Of a stretch of 64,000 nt of DNA, positions 28,045-40,991 are shown piece by piece (position 1 is the stretch's first letter; each line of letters starts with the position of its first letter). Made by a program: the position numbers and the translations under genes. The notes below the pieces were generated by a model. The model was not told the DNA's origin and did no database searches. It was given only the letters and a program-made list of their open reading frames with translations. The stretch is from Negaprion brevirostris (lineage: Eukaryota), in the NCBI GenBank assembly GCA_030324005.1, contig JARDVH010000121.1:9737539-9801538 (forward strand). Direction: 5' to 3'.

Positions 28045-29149
28045 GTATTACGTTCCAAAATACAATCAGGGTTAATTCCGTTATTGGCCACCTGCAATAA
28101 TAAGAAGGTGTCTCGTAGTTGTCTTTCAACCAATTGCAGCAATTAGCTTGTTATTCATGAAAAATAAACTGCAGATTGGTTAAGCAGACACATTTATTTG
28201 TTTACATCTATCTCTTTGATACAGTGGCAACATTCGCTAAACTTTTAGGTGTGACATTATCCTTTAGAAGCAACACACATCGATGTGATTCGCGTCTACA
28301 CAACAATCACTTAATTTCGAACAAATGGAAAGGGAAGAACATGAAAATAAAACGCGAGATTGTGCACTGAAGGGAAATAATCTCAACTCTTTTAGCAACG
28401 ATGAAGGAAGGAAATTATGTCTGCTGGATGGTAAATCATCACGCTTATAAGAGCAAAATCTGCATTAATGAAATGTAGTTAGGACAATTTAATAACAACA
28501 CGTTCTTCTCTTTTAGTTTGCGAAGAAATTAACATGCCATCACTCACAACCAATATTTTAGTTCATTTGCATTTCTGCATTTTCAATTAATTGATTGTCA
28601 ACATTTAACGTGGCATATTTGCCTCACTCCCAGCATTGTGTGAAGTAAAAATGTTACATATGATACAAGTTAGCAGATTATTAATTTTGCCAAGTTCCAC
28701 ATCTTTCTTCTACAATTGACCTAAATTGAGCAACAAACACTATGTTCCTAATGATGTTAATATTATTTGTTTCAAGGGACGCATTCTACCAATATATGCA
28801 TGCCTTCCATAAGATAAGGAGGGTTCCTTTTTATATTCTCGCATCCAATGACATTTAAGACAGGATGCAACAGATACGCGTGGATAGGAATGTTAAAGAC
28901 AAGATGCATTTTGATAATCAATATATATATATGCAGACCAAAAAATGGTATGAAAGATATGGAAGACATCCAAAACTCAGCACACGAAATGGAACGTAAG
29001 TTTTCTTCTCCACAAGTGACACTATTAAACTGCATATATCAGACCAAAGATATAATAAAACTGCAACGAAAGTGTGCGTCTCGGATTGTCCCAGGACTGA
29101 TCAGGCGAGCCCTCCAAAACAGAAGATGGTGAGTAATACGTAATATGAA

Positions 29150-29650
29150 CATGATTAATTAGCATGGATTAAGAATTACTGACGAGACAGAAAACAAAGA
29201 TTGGGAATCAATGGGTCCTTCTCAAGCTGCAACTAGTAATAACGTCTCCCAGGGATCAATAATTTGGTTAGGTTTTTGGCATGAATTTCAATGATTTGGA
29301 CAAGGTAAGCGAAACAAACATGTCCAGGTTTGTTGATGATGCATTAAGTTAGGTGGTGAGGATGATGTTCAGATCCAACGCCGAGCAGACGTTCAGGGAA
29401 TGGGATNNNNNNNNNNNNNNNNNNGAGGGGGCATTATAATTGGACAAATATGAAGTTACCTACTTCTGACAAGAAAGAAGATCAGAATTGCATTATTTGT
29501 GATACAATGAGAAATGTTGATACAGAAAGGGACGGTGGTGTTCTAGTCTAAATGTCAATGACAATAAGCATGCGAGTACACAAAAGAGTTAGGAAACAGT
29601 GTTTGCACTCCATTGCAGGCGGCTTAGGTTTGGGAGTGTAGATGTCATAA
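29150..29650 (+). mobile_element. Old CR1 fragment, left half, interrupted by Penelope
   Basis: Decayed cccagggatc (PQGS) and tttgttgatgat (FADD-like) motifs; continues after 33760. Confidence 0.6.
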
Positions 29651-32600
29651 CGAAATGGGACAAACAATGGCTATGTCAAATCCTCAACCACCTCATACAC
29701 CAGCTCGACAGCAAACACCGCGTCCTGGATTCTAAGATAGAATACATACTCTCAACTTCTGCCCTGGGCGTAGACCAGTTGCGAAACTGTGACAAACAGA
29801 GGAGAGAATGTAACTACGCCGTGTTCATGCACACCAAGTTCAGAAAATTGAGAAACCCAACATCACCACCAGCAGCAACCAACCTTGCGTCGTTACCACA
29901 GTAGAAAACAGTAACACTTCAGGAAAGCCCATTGCCAACCTGCCGGACTACACACTTCAACCAGATGAAAACAAAGTTCTCAGCCGAAGGCTCAATTTTT
30001 GCCCCACTGATAACATACACCCCATCAGTCTCGCAGCAGACACAGAGGAATTCATCAGGCAAATGTGGCTGCAGATGTTCTTCCACAAACCCAAAGAGGC
30101 CAATAACAAACAAAATGAGACAGCCAATGAACCGGGACAGCCGACAGAGAGATCTGCAGTGCAGCAACCGAACGGGAAAGTGTCGTATTGGACACTTCTG
30201 GAAAGCCACTGCCCTCGACTTGAGATGTATGCCCAAGCCATCAAGAGGTGCGCCAACACCAAGTTCGTCAGCTGCACTCACAATACAGCCCTGAACATCA
30301 CCCAAGCACAACACAATGCCATGCACGGTCCGAAGACGAACCACAACGTTGTCAGCAAACCAGCAGTCAAAGGACGACCATCGTCATATTAAACAAAATA
30401 GATTACTGCAAAGAACTGTACCCACAATTGAACAACGAGGAACACTACAGAGAGTTACTCACAGATCCGACCAAAGAAAACCGTCAACTCAACACTCTGA
30501 TCATGACCTTTGATCAAGACATTCAGATCACCTTCTTTGCTCTCAATCCACGTGTTCCCCGCGTTGGCGATCTCTACTGCCTCCCGAAGATACACAAAGC
30601 AAACGCACCCGGCAGTCCCATGGTTGGCAATGGAAGCTTGCGAGAGAACCTCTCCAGCTACGTTAACGGCATCCTGAAATCCATCGGATAAAGAACTCCC
30701 GGCTTTTGTCGCGACACTCAGGTCTTCGTATAGAAACTCACCACACAAGGAGCAGTTGAAACCGGAGCACACCTCATTGCAATGGACTTCTCGGCATTCT
30801 ACATCAGCAATTCCCACGACGATGGAATTGCTGCCACTGCCTTAGTACTCAACGCCGATAACTACCAGTTTCCAGATGCAATTTCACAACTCATCCATTT
30901 CATCCTGGACCACAATGTCTTTACCTTCAAAAAACAGTTCTTCATCCAGACACACGGAACAGCCATGGGGACAAAATTCGCACCTCAATATGCCAACATC
31001 TTCATGCACAGATTCCAACAAGACCTACTCACTGCACAAGTCCTTCGACAGATGCTAGAAACAAGATACATCGATTACATTTTCTTCCTTTGGACTCATG
31101 ATAAACAATCACTGAAACAAATATATGACGCCATTAACAAGTTCCATCCCACCATCAACATGGACTACTCTCCGCAATCGGTTGCATTCTTGGACACACG
31201 CAACTCCATTAAGGGTGGTCACCTCAGCGCCTCACTGTAACGCAAGCCTATTGATATCCTCACGATGGTCTCCTTCTCCAGCTTCCACCCTAAACACGTT
31301 AAAGAAGCCAGCCTCTACGACAGGCCCTCCGTTTATCCAGGATCTGCTCAGATGAGGAGGGTCGCAACAGACACTTCCAGGCGCTGAAATATGCTCTCAT
31401 AAGAACAGGATACGGCACTCGACTGCTCGATCGAGAGTATTGACGTACAACAGCGGAAAACAGCATCAATTTCCTCAGAAGACAAATACGGTGACCAGAG
31501 TACCGTTCATCGTCCAGTACTTCTCCGCAGCCTTCAACATGCCATTGATGAATACGAACATCTCACCAGGGCTATCCCCACACCCCCAAGTCTTACCTTC
31601 AAACAACCGCACAATTTGAAACAGACCATTGTCCGCAGCAAACTACACAGCCTTCAGGAGGACAGTGACCACGACACCACACAACCCTACCATAACAATC
31701 TCTGCAAGATGTACCGGATCATTGACATGGATGTCATCATCTCAGGTGAGAACACGATTCGCCAGGTACACGATACACACTCTTGCAACTCGGCCAAATT
31801 TGTCGACTTGATACGCTGCAAGAAAGAATGTCCCGAGGCATGGTCCGTTGGGAAGACCATGCGGGCGCTATGACAGCGGATGAATGAATGCTGTTAATCA
31901 ATCACCAGTCAAGACTGTTCTCTTCCTGTGGGGGCACNNNNNNNNNNNNNNNNNNNNNNNNNNNNNNNNNNNNNNNNNNNNNNNNNNNNNNNNNNNNNNN
32001 NNNNNNNNNNNNNNNNNNNNNNNNNNNNNNNNNNNNNATGTGAGTGGAGATAGCATTAAGCACAGGTTAAAGAGATGTGTATTGTCTCCAGACAGGACAG
32101 TAAGTGAGGTTTTGAAAACCCAGGCAAGTCATGGGGGTTACAGATAGTGCGACATAAACCCAAGATCCCGGTTGAGGCCGTCCTCACGTGTGCGGAACTT
32201 GGCTATCAGTCTCTGCTCAGCGACTCTGCACTGTCGTGTGTCGTGAAGGCCGCCTTGGAGAACGCTTACCTGAAGATCAGAGGCCGAATGCCCGTGACCG
32301 CTGAATTGTTCCCTGACAGGAAGGGAGCAATCTTGCCTGGTGATTGTCGAGCGGTGTTCATTCATCCGTTGTCGTAGTGTCTGCATGGTCTCCCCAGTGT
32401 ACCAAGCCTCGGAACATCCTTTCCTGCAGCGTATCAGGTGGGCAACGTTTGCCGAGTTGCAAGAGTATGTACCGTGTACATGGTGGATGGTGTTCTCATG
32501 TGAGATGATGGCAACCATGTCAATGATCCGGCATGTCTTACAGAGGTTGCTGTGGCAGCATTGTGTGGTATTGTGGTCACTGTTCTCCTGAAGGCTGGGT

Positions 32601-33757
32601 AATTTGCTGCGAACAGTGGTCTGTTTGAGGTTGTGCGGTTGTTTGAAGACAGGAAGTGGAGGTGTGAGGATGGCCTTGGCGAGACGTTCGTCTTCATCAA
32701 TAGCATGTTGAAGACTCTGGAGAAGATGTCATAGCTTCCCTGCTCCGGGGAAGTACTGGATGACGAAGGTGTTCTGTCCACCCACCGTGTCCCGTGTTTG
32801 TCTTCTGAGGAGGTCAGTGCAGTTTCTGAAGAGGTCGGTGCTGACCTCCACAGTGGACAGAGTACCCTTCATCGTCCAGTACTTCCCCGGAGTGGGGAAG
32901 CTACGACATCTTCTCCGGAGTCTTCAACAAATCATTGATGAAGACGAACATCTCGCCAGGGCCATCCCCACACCCCCACTTCTTGCCTTCAAACAACTGC
33001 ACAACCTCAAACAGTGACCACAACACCACACAACCCTGCCACAGCAACCTCTGCAATACATGCTGGATCATTGACATGGATGACATCATCTCACGTGTGA
33101 ACACCATTCGCCAGGTACACAGTACATACTTTTGCAACTCGGCCAACATTGTCTACTTAATACACGGCAGGAAAGGATGTCCCGAAACGCGGTACATTGG
33201 GGACATCATGCAGATGCTATGACAACGGATGAATGAACATCACTCGACAATCACCAGGCAAGACTGTTCCCTTCCTGTTGACGAACACTTCAACAGTCAC
33301 GGGCATTCGGTCTCTGACCTTCGGGTAAGCATTTTACAAGGCGGCCTTCACGACACACGACAGCGCATGGCTGCTGAGCAGCGATAGATTGCCAAGTTCC
33401 CTACACATGAGGACGGCTCAAGCGCGATCTTGGGCTCATATCACGCTGTCTGTAACACCCTCGGCTTGCCTGGACTTGCAAAATCTCACTAACTGTCCTC
33501 TCTGGAGACAACACACATTTCTTTAACTTGTGCTTAATGCATTCTCCGCTCACATTGTCTGTACGTTAAGATTTGAATAGCTGTAAATACTCGCATTCCA
33601 AACATCATTCTGTAAATTGAATTCGTGCATTTATATGACCTGTTTGTGAAAAAGAACTCCCACTCACCTGAAGAAGGAGCAGCCCTCTGAAAGCTATTGG
33701 TGTTTGCTGCCAAATAAACCTATTGGACTTTAACCTGGTATTGTAAGACTCCTTACT
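29650..33757 (+). mobile_element. Penelope-like retroelement, degraded: RT plus GIY-YIG, with inverted and direct copies of its 3' region
   Basis: LYCLPKIHKANAPG, FIQTHGTAMGTKFAPQYANIFM, RYIDYIFFLW (PLE RT); LIRCRKGCSEAWYTGETMQTLRQRMNEH (GIY-YIG) occurs three times: + near 31800, - near 32400, + near 33170. Confidence 0.92.
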
Positions 33758-33759
33758 AA

Positions 33760-34260
33760 GTCAATACATGCAGTATTGAGTGTGATTTTGTTCTTCCCAT
33801 GGAATAAATTAAATCCTTGATTTTAGCGAATGTAATGTAAATTCACCAGACTGTTTCCTGCGATTTCAGGTGTGTCTTCTTGAAAATTGATCTAGACAAA
33901 CGGGCAATGAAATTGAGGGAATGTGGGTAATGAATTGAATGATACTTTTTGGCCTGACTGGTCATATACGATGCAGCAACATTGTTTTCTTTATTTGGAT
34001 GTCTGTTCAGAAAAAAAGGGTCACAGTTTCAGGATAAAGGTTAGATTAGATTTCGCGGATATGTGGCAAAATTGACTGACAGTGTTGTGAACTTGTACAA
34101 GTCTCAACTGCAGAAATCTCAGAATGGCAAATCAATCCGTACAATTGAGAAAAAAGAAAATGATTTCCAAACTCGAATGGTATTGAATAGTAGAGAGAGA
34201 GCGCTGTTATATGGATTTAATGTGCTCGTTCAGCAATGAGAAAGCTGAATGCTTGAGAAG
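33760..34260 (+). mobile_element. Old CR1 fragment, right half
   Basis: gcagtattgagtgtgattttg (LEYCVQFW-like), attcaccagactgtttcctg, gggtcacagtttcaggataaagg. Confidence 0.6.
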
Positions 34261-36227
34261 GTTTGAGACACTCGGGCTCCAAACTTTCGTTTCCATGCCT
34301 CTATCGCTCGGAAATAAGCCTTGGTAAATTAAAATCTCAGATATAATTTTATTAATAATTATGTGAACAAAGGATCCTATCTGACATTCTAGGAAATAAG
34401 TTTATCTCTGCCAAAACCCATAGAAATTGGACGGTATGCATCACTTGTTAGCGTGGATTTCTTCTCGTTTATTCGTTATTCCTTTTCGTTTTTGAGACAC
34501 AAAAGCGACAGATATTTTTCGAGCAAACACTCAGGGAGCAATATTCACACAATTTAATTGACAAGCTATTTTGGAAGTTTGCATGCCGAAAAAAAAAGGA
34601 TACATCCACGGAAACAACGTCAGTGTATAATGATGCATCTTAGAAGAAAGCCATGGTTTTGATAAATGCAGAATAGTTACTGCTAATATCATGAATGTCA
34701 TCCAGTGATTTTAAATATTCTACTTCTTTCAATCGAGAACTCTGGACATGCAAAGATACGTTAACAACATTTGGTAAGAGAGTTGTGCATATTAGTCTAA
34801 AGTTAGCATAATGTTTATCAATAACAGATCTAACATTTGTAAAGCTTTTATATGACAATACAATTTAACATCATGTTTTCCGTTTAGAATTGTGTTGAAT
34901 TGACATTGCTTTCGCCAATGTCTGCAAATCTGTAATATGACAATGTGTGGTAACTGAGATTTCTAATCAAACTGTGTTGAAGCATGTCTCCTGTTGACAT
35001 CTATATCTGAGATGTGCCAAAGCTTTTGTAGCTGTACGTTTCGTGAAGTGAATGCCAATGGTCTTTAATGATTCGATATTAACAGGAGAACAATTGAAAG
35101 CAAAAGATGAGGGTAATTCCTTGTATTCCTTTTTCTTTTCTATTAGCTCCCGAATTGGAACATACATTATTATTTGTTTCGATCTGTTGGAGCTGCTGTC
35201 ATTACAAGATTATGAGTGAGAGGGAGTAGGAAAAGCCGTTATTCATTTTCGAAGCATTAATTCAGAACATTGGGTTTCTTATATGAAGAACTGATTTGAA
35301 TATGCCTGGGGCACTCTTACATTAACTATATTATTCCTGTTCAGCATTTCACATTCACAAACATGCAATTAGTGAGAAATTTGTGACAGGCAAATATTTC
35401 CTTCTCATTGGGATAACATTTACCACGATGACGGACAGATATTCGTGGAGAGCGCGTCTATGTGTTTGCATGTTGCGGTATGAATTCTCACAACGCCAGT
35501 TAAATTTCAACAGGTTTATTTATTTAGGTACTTACTTAGGAGCTTTCAGACTGCTCTCTTTCATCATTTGTGTGCGAAGGGAAGGAATGAGCCCTTAGCC
35601 CTATTGGTTCTTCACACTTGTTTTTTTGACTATCTCAAACTTAAAAATGACAAGCTTCTGCATGCAATGAGCGTTTCATGAAATAGCATTGTTAAACAAT
35701 TCTGTTGTAAATATGTGTATTATCCTGAGCGCTGTCTGGGTTTACCAACAGGCAACGGTACTCAATTACATCTGGAAGTGGAAAATCCACTTTTCTTCAG
35801 CTGACCGGGTTTGCAAAAGCACTCTTCCTCTCAATATCTTCCTTCCTTCAAATGCCATTTACTTGTCGAGACTAACGTGATTTCCTTGATGCTGGTGATT
35901 CTGAACCATTAATTGGCCCCACTCTGAAATGAGCACGTGCTGTTAACGACCTACTGAGCCAGAATTCTTCCCCTTGTATGGCTTTGTTTCAACATTTTCT
36001 TTTTGTTCACTAGCTGCTGCATTTCAATACATTGTTTTAATCAATTCTGTAACTTATCCAAATGTCTTAATTCTGTTACGTTTTTTATAATTTATTCCGC
36101 ACAGTTCACTGTGTAGAACTACATTTTTCTGGTACTGTTTACAGTCTATTACATGAAAAGCACCAAGTAAATGAAAGTGAAGCGTGCTTCAAATTAATGT
36201 GTCCGGACTCTTACATTGTCATTTCAG

Positions 36228-36263
36228 AGCTTGCAGAATGCAAAAAAGATTTGGAAGATTTTA
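36228..36263 (+). CDS. 36-nt phase-1 micro-exon ELAECKKDLEDF
   Basis: cattgtcatttcAG|agcttgcagaatgcaaaaaagatttggaagatttta|GTaagc. Confidence 0.78.
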
Positions 36264-36659
36264 GTAAGCAAATAGACTTGTATTGTGCAATCTGTCTCAA
36301 CATTCCAGGCCAATAATGTCATCTAGGACAAAAACTCAGTATCCATAACATTGTCCCCGGCACAGTTACTTTTTAATTGCTCACATTCAATTCCATTAAT
36401 TTCCATGGACACAAATCTTACTCAGAATGCTGAATGTTTTTTCGAACTGGTAAACGCTGAATTACCTTTTCCGTCTTGAGGCTGTCCTCAGTGACACACG
36501 ACAAAAGACATTGACTTTCCGTAAGATTCGCCCCCTGTCCCGCCTCAATTCCCCGCGATAAAAAAGAACTAAAAAAAAACTATGTGTGATTGAAGGGATT
36601 AATGGCGACTAACTATTCAGTTATGTTCTAAAGTTAAAACCCAGACTTTTACTTTAAAG

Positions 36660-36686
36660 ATAACGACATGAATGCAGTGATAAAAG
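36660..36686 (+). CDS. 27-nt phase-1 micro-exon (N)NDMNAVIK
   Basis: cttttactttaaAG|ataacgacatgaatgcagtgataaaag|GTaagc; 396-nt intron after the 36-nt exon. Confidence 0.7.
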
Positions 36687-39600
36687 GTAAGCCATTTTGG
36701 AATTGAAACTTAAGGCAGTATTGTTAGTGTGAGTAAGGGAACAGAACAAAATAGCTGCCCTGAAAACCAATCGATCAATTCGAAATTAAAAAAAAACATA
36801 TAAATGTATATATATATGTACGTATACTTTCTTAATTTTGACAAGCAAAACATGTTTCAGGATTAAACACGTTTAGCAATATGAATAACCATTAATAATG
36901 GATAATCTGTGATGTGCCGTAAAGTATATGGGTCCTATCGAATTCAAATACACAAAATGCCTGCAGTTTTCCATTTTCTGACAAACTCAGATGTAACGAT
37001 TTAGCACTCTAAGAGAGAAAATATCTCTCTCTTGAAGAACGGTCACTTACTACGAATAGAGGATGAACAGCTCTCAATTCCACAGCAACAGGACGCTTCC
37101 TGATCATGTCAGTGTTGTCCAGATCCCTCAGGATTCTGGAAGTTTTAATGGAGTCTCACAACACTCTTTTGACCTGCAATGAATGGACGCCTAAGTTAAC
37201 CAAGCTGCCCAGATATGACAGGCGTTCTTTCCATGCGTACGTCGAATAAGCTATTTTTCTTTCCTAACTGTCCCTGACGTATTTGAATAATGATTTGATT
37301 ATGAAAATTAAAACTGAGAATATATTTCGGATTTCGTCAAGCAGCATGATATGCAACTCAAGAATATCCTACTGAATGTTTTCGTCACTTTACGTGACAA
37401 CAAAAGAAACATTATTCATTCATTTCTTAGCTCCTTGCTAATCCTGCATAATTGACTTTTGAGATGAAAGCAGAACAGATTGAACCTCAGTATTCTGGAA
37501 ATGTTCGTCTTCACGATTTTTTTTATTATTTAAAAGTGGACTGTTGCACATGCCCCACATTATACTTCCTTCCCCATTTTTTCCCCCCTTACTGCCTTGA
37601 AATGTATGACTGGATGTAAAGGTAAATTCGCCATCGATCCATACGACGAATTTTTGCTTTCGCATCGAAGACTTGTGTTGATTTAATTTGTCGGCCACTC
37701 TTCCTCAGATCAGGGCAAGGTTGGAAACGCGGAACTTTGCGCATAACCTCAACCTGTATGGGAATTGAAACCGTCCTTCCGGCAACGTCATCCCTATGAC
37801 AGACGGAAGTCTCTTTCCATCACCCTCCCATTTTGAATAACGGTATTCCTTTTCATTCCAATNNNNNNNNNNGGGGGGGGGGGGGGGCCCCAACAATGCA
37901 GTGAAATTTGTGGAATTGAATTCAACACATCAAGCCTGGCCTGAATCTTTTCAAGTTCTATGTGCAGCTCAAACCAAATCTGACGGAACCGGGGACGGAG
38001 TGAACAGTCTTAACCCCAACAATTTGCTTAAGAAAAGTTGATTGCAAATTTTATTTTTGGAAAATTATATTTAAATGATTTCACATGCAGAGCCGAATCA
38101 CTTTTGCCTATTGAACATTATTAACATCAGGGTAAGAAAAGAAAATAAAACACAAGGGAGATACACTTTCATGAATCTATTGACTGATGAGTTAAAACAT
38201 TGCATGTTGTTCTTCCTCGAGAACAGGACAAATTCAAAAAAAGTTACGATGCATTAATAAGCACAGACCCAGTAGTGCTAATGACGTTGAACTGTAAATG
38301 CTACCTTGCCAGTAGATGTAATCAGCGTCGTCTTGCCTTGGGACTACGACGTTTTGTGTATGTACACCATTAGATGTCGAGCGGTTTAAAGGTTGGTTTT
38401 ATTTACATGTTTGCACTGGTTGTTTCGTTTGTTCCTTTGCACGAAGTTAACTTTGAACTCAGCCATTATTGAGATGTGAATGTGACACAATGGGCCGGTA
38501 AAGAAATTCGTTAATTTCACGATTGATACCGTTATTTATGAAAGACAAACATTGACACGACAGCAACTAAAATGTGGAAAAAAGACCTGCAGCAAGTTAG
38601 CATAAAGTAACTCATGCTCAATGCCTCTGCATATCACAAATGTCCAGACATATAACTGATGAGGAATAAAGGAAGGCCGACAACCGCAACAATCTGCAAC
38701 GAATAAGCCCACGACAGCAGCTTTACTTTCAGAGAAACATATTTGCTACGTGAAAGATACATGTTGTCAATAATAATTTAGCACGATAATTACCGGATTT
38801 AAATCATTAAGATGAATGAGCAGNNNNNNNNNNNNNNNNNNNNNNNNNNNNNNNNNNNNNNNNNNNNNNNNNNNNNNNNNNNNNNNNNNNNNNNNNNNNN
38901 NNNNNNNNNNNNNNNNNNNNNNNCAGATCTGACGTCAATATGTTAACCACGTTTCTCTCAAGCAGAATCAGTGCAAATACAGAATTATATCCCACGAATT
39001 CGTTCAGTTTTATGTTTGTCTTCCTATGCCAATGCCAGAACGTAGTGTACCCCTTGACTAAGTGACAAGATAGTAAGTAATATTACTCACCTGGCAAAAC
39101 ACCTTTGAAATTTAATGACTTGGAAATGCAAATTGTAATAATCAGTGTTCTATCTTCGCCTATGCCTCTGGTCCCTCGCATCACAGAGGTCAACTTTCAT
39201 CCTATTTCATTCAGTGTCATTAGTTCAAGAACAGAGTGAATTCATTGACGACAGCAAGGTCGATCATGCATTGTGCATCCCTGCTCCAACCTGCAAGGTC
39301 TCGAGGCAACATGCTTCAATGATTATCTTTGTTCCATTACCATGCCAGAAGTTGTGGTGTTGGCTGATAATTGTAGGACGTTTGGCACCTTTTGAGAATT
39401 AATCGACACTGGAACTTTCAAAGCCCAAATGCAGGAAGACCTAGACAATATACCTATCTCACAATGACCACGCGCAGAATGTTACAACATACAATATGGA
39501 CATAATATAATATGAATTGGTGTTCAATGGCATTTGTAACACAGAATCCCCTATTGCCGCAATCTTCTGGTTCGCCATTATTCTTAGTCTATATCGAGCA

Positions 39601-40569
39601 GGCACTGAATTACAAAAATTGATCAGATCCGACGAGGAAACATTGAACACATGTCTCAGATCGTGCCAACAATCTTCAAGACACAATTTGGGAGCTGATT
39701 AGCCGCTGGAGGAGTGCAACTAACAGGACAATCTGGGACTGGAAATGAGCAAGGATGAATGCAATATGAACATGTGTTTTCGTCTGATTGAATTTTAACT
39801 CATGCTCCTGAAACAAAATTTAGAAAAATGCAAGTATCGGACACAAACGCCCGTTTAAAAATTAATGGATATTGCAAAATCTGCGTTCTTTTCCATACCT
39901 ACGCCGTGACACATGGCTTTGCAGTCTTGGTAGGTCGTAAATGATGATTCCGCAGAAAATTGTCCATCGCTGGTGAACTCCATCTGTACATGCCTACGAC
40001 TTACGCAGTTTTATTTGCTCAACATGCGGCATGGAATGTTTTTGGTACCAGTCCTCGGTTGTTCCTTTTTTGCTGCAGTGTTGGCCATCAATAGGCATGC
40101 TTTGCGTCCACTCTATGGACTTTTTGAATGATCTTGACGTTTGTTTTGGGACATGAATAACAAACTAAAATAATGCAATCGCACATCTGCTTGTAACTAC
40201 TCAAAGGATAATTGCAGGGTGCTGGCGGCAATTATGATTAATTTGCACTGCCTCCCCTCAAAATAAATAAATACCTACTCGGCTGTCGTTCCCAGAAATG
40301 ACAAGACAGCATGGATTTAAATTTACTCAAGCTGAGACGTATCCAAATTATGTTGTCCTAACTCCGCTGAAACTGAAGATTGTGTCATTCATACAAACGT
40401 TTGTTGTGTTTCCTAATTCTTTATTGTAAACGTTAACGAAATAAAAAGTCAAATTAAAAGATCGCGTTAATTGCGCTCGATCTTAGCATTTGACAACGAC
40501 AAGACGATGTGTGGTTTTCTTGTTTATATTTGGTAATTCCAAGCTGAATTAGCGTACGCAATTTTCGTG

Positions 40570-40991
40570 GCATTAATGAAAGTAACATGCAAAATGTACC
40601 AGGTTAAGGTGACGGCATGCTGACTGCTACGGCGTCTATTTGATTTATTGCTGCACTGTAATTATGTTAAATTATGTTGGTGTGACTCCAATTGTGATAA
40701 TTTACTGTAGCATTTATTGTGTGATTAGACTTTGATTTGATTTGATTGTTCGCTGTTGCAGGCGCACTTTGAAATAGGTGCCAGGCCCATTTTCATTCAC
40801 ATTACAGGGAACGTACTAAGATCGCTTTGCATATGGCGATATGGCGTACAAAGATTGCATTGTCAGCCTTTTCACCTTGATATTTATAAGCTGCAACCGA
40901 GTATCGGCATGGCTTTAATTTATTTATATTGTTGTATGTTATAAAATAACACCACGCAATGCACATATTAGTACACGAGAAAATGCTGAAG
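40570..40991 (+). pseudogene. Possible decayed exon pair: GINESNMQNVP (40570-40602) and DISTRENAE (40965-40991)
   Basis: Both keep GT donors (gttaag, gtcagt) but lack AG acceptors; 362-nt spacing matches the other pairs; INES resembles LNES of the 44762 exon. Confidence 0.35.

Noticed and set aside
28396-29128. AG/GT-bounded segments of 35 nt (28396-28430), 39 nt (28957-28995) and 34 nt (29095-29128)
   Set aside because: Frame-breaking lengths or no polypyrimidine tract; weak similarity to the exon classes.
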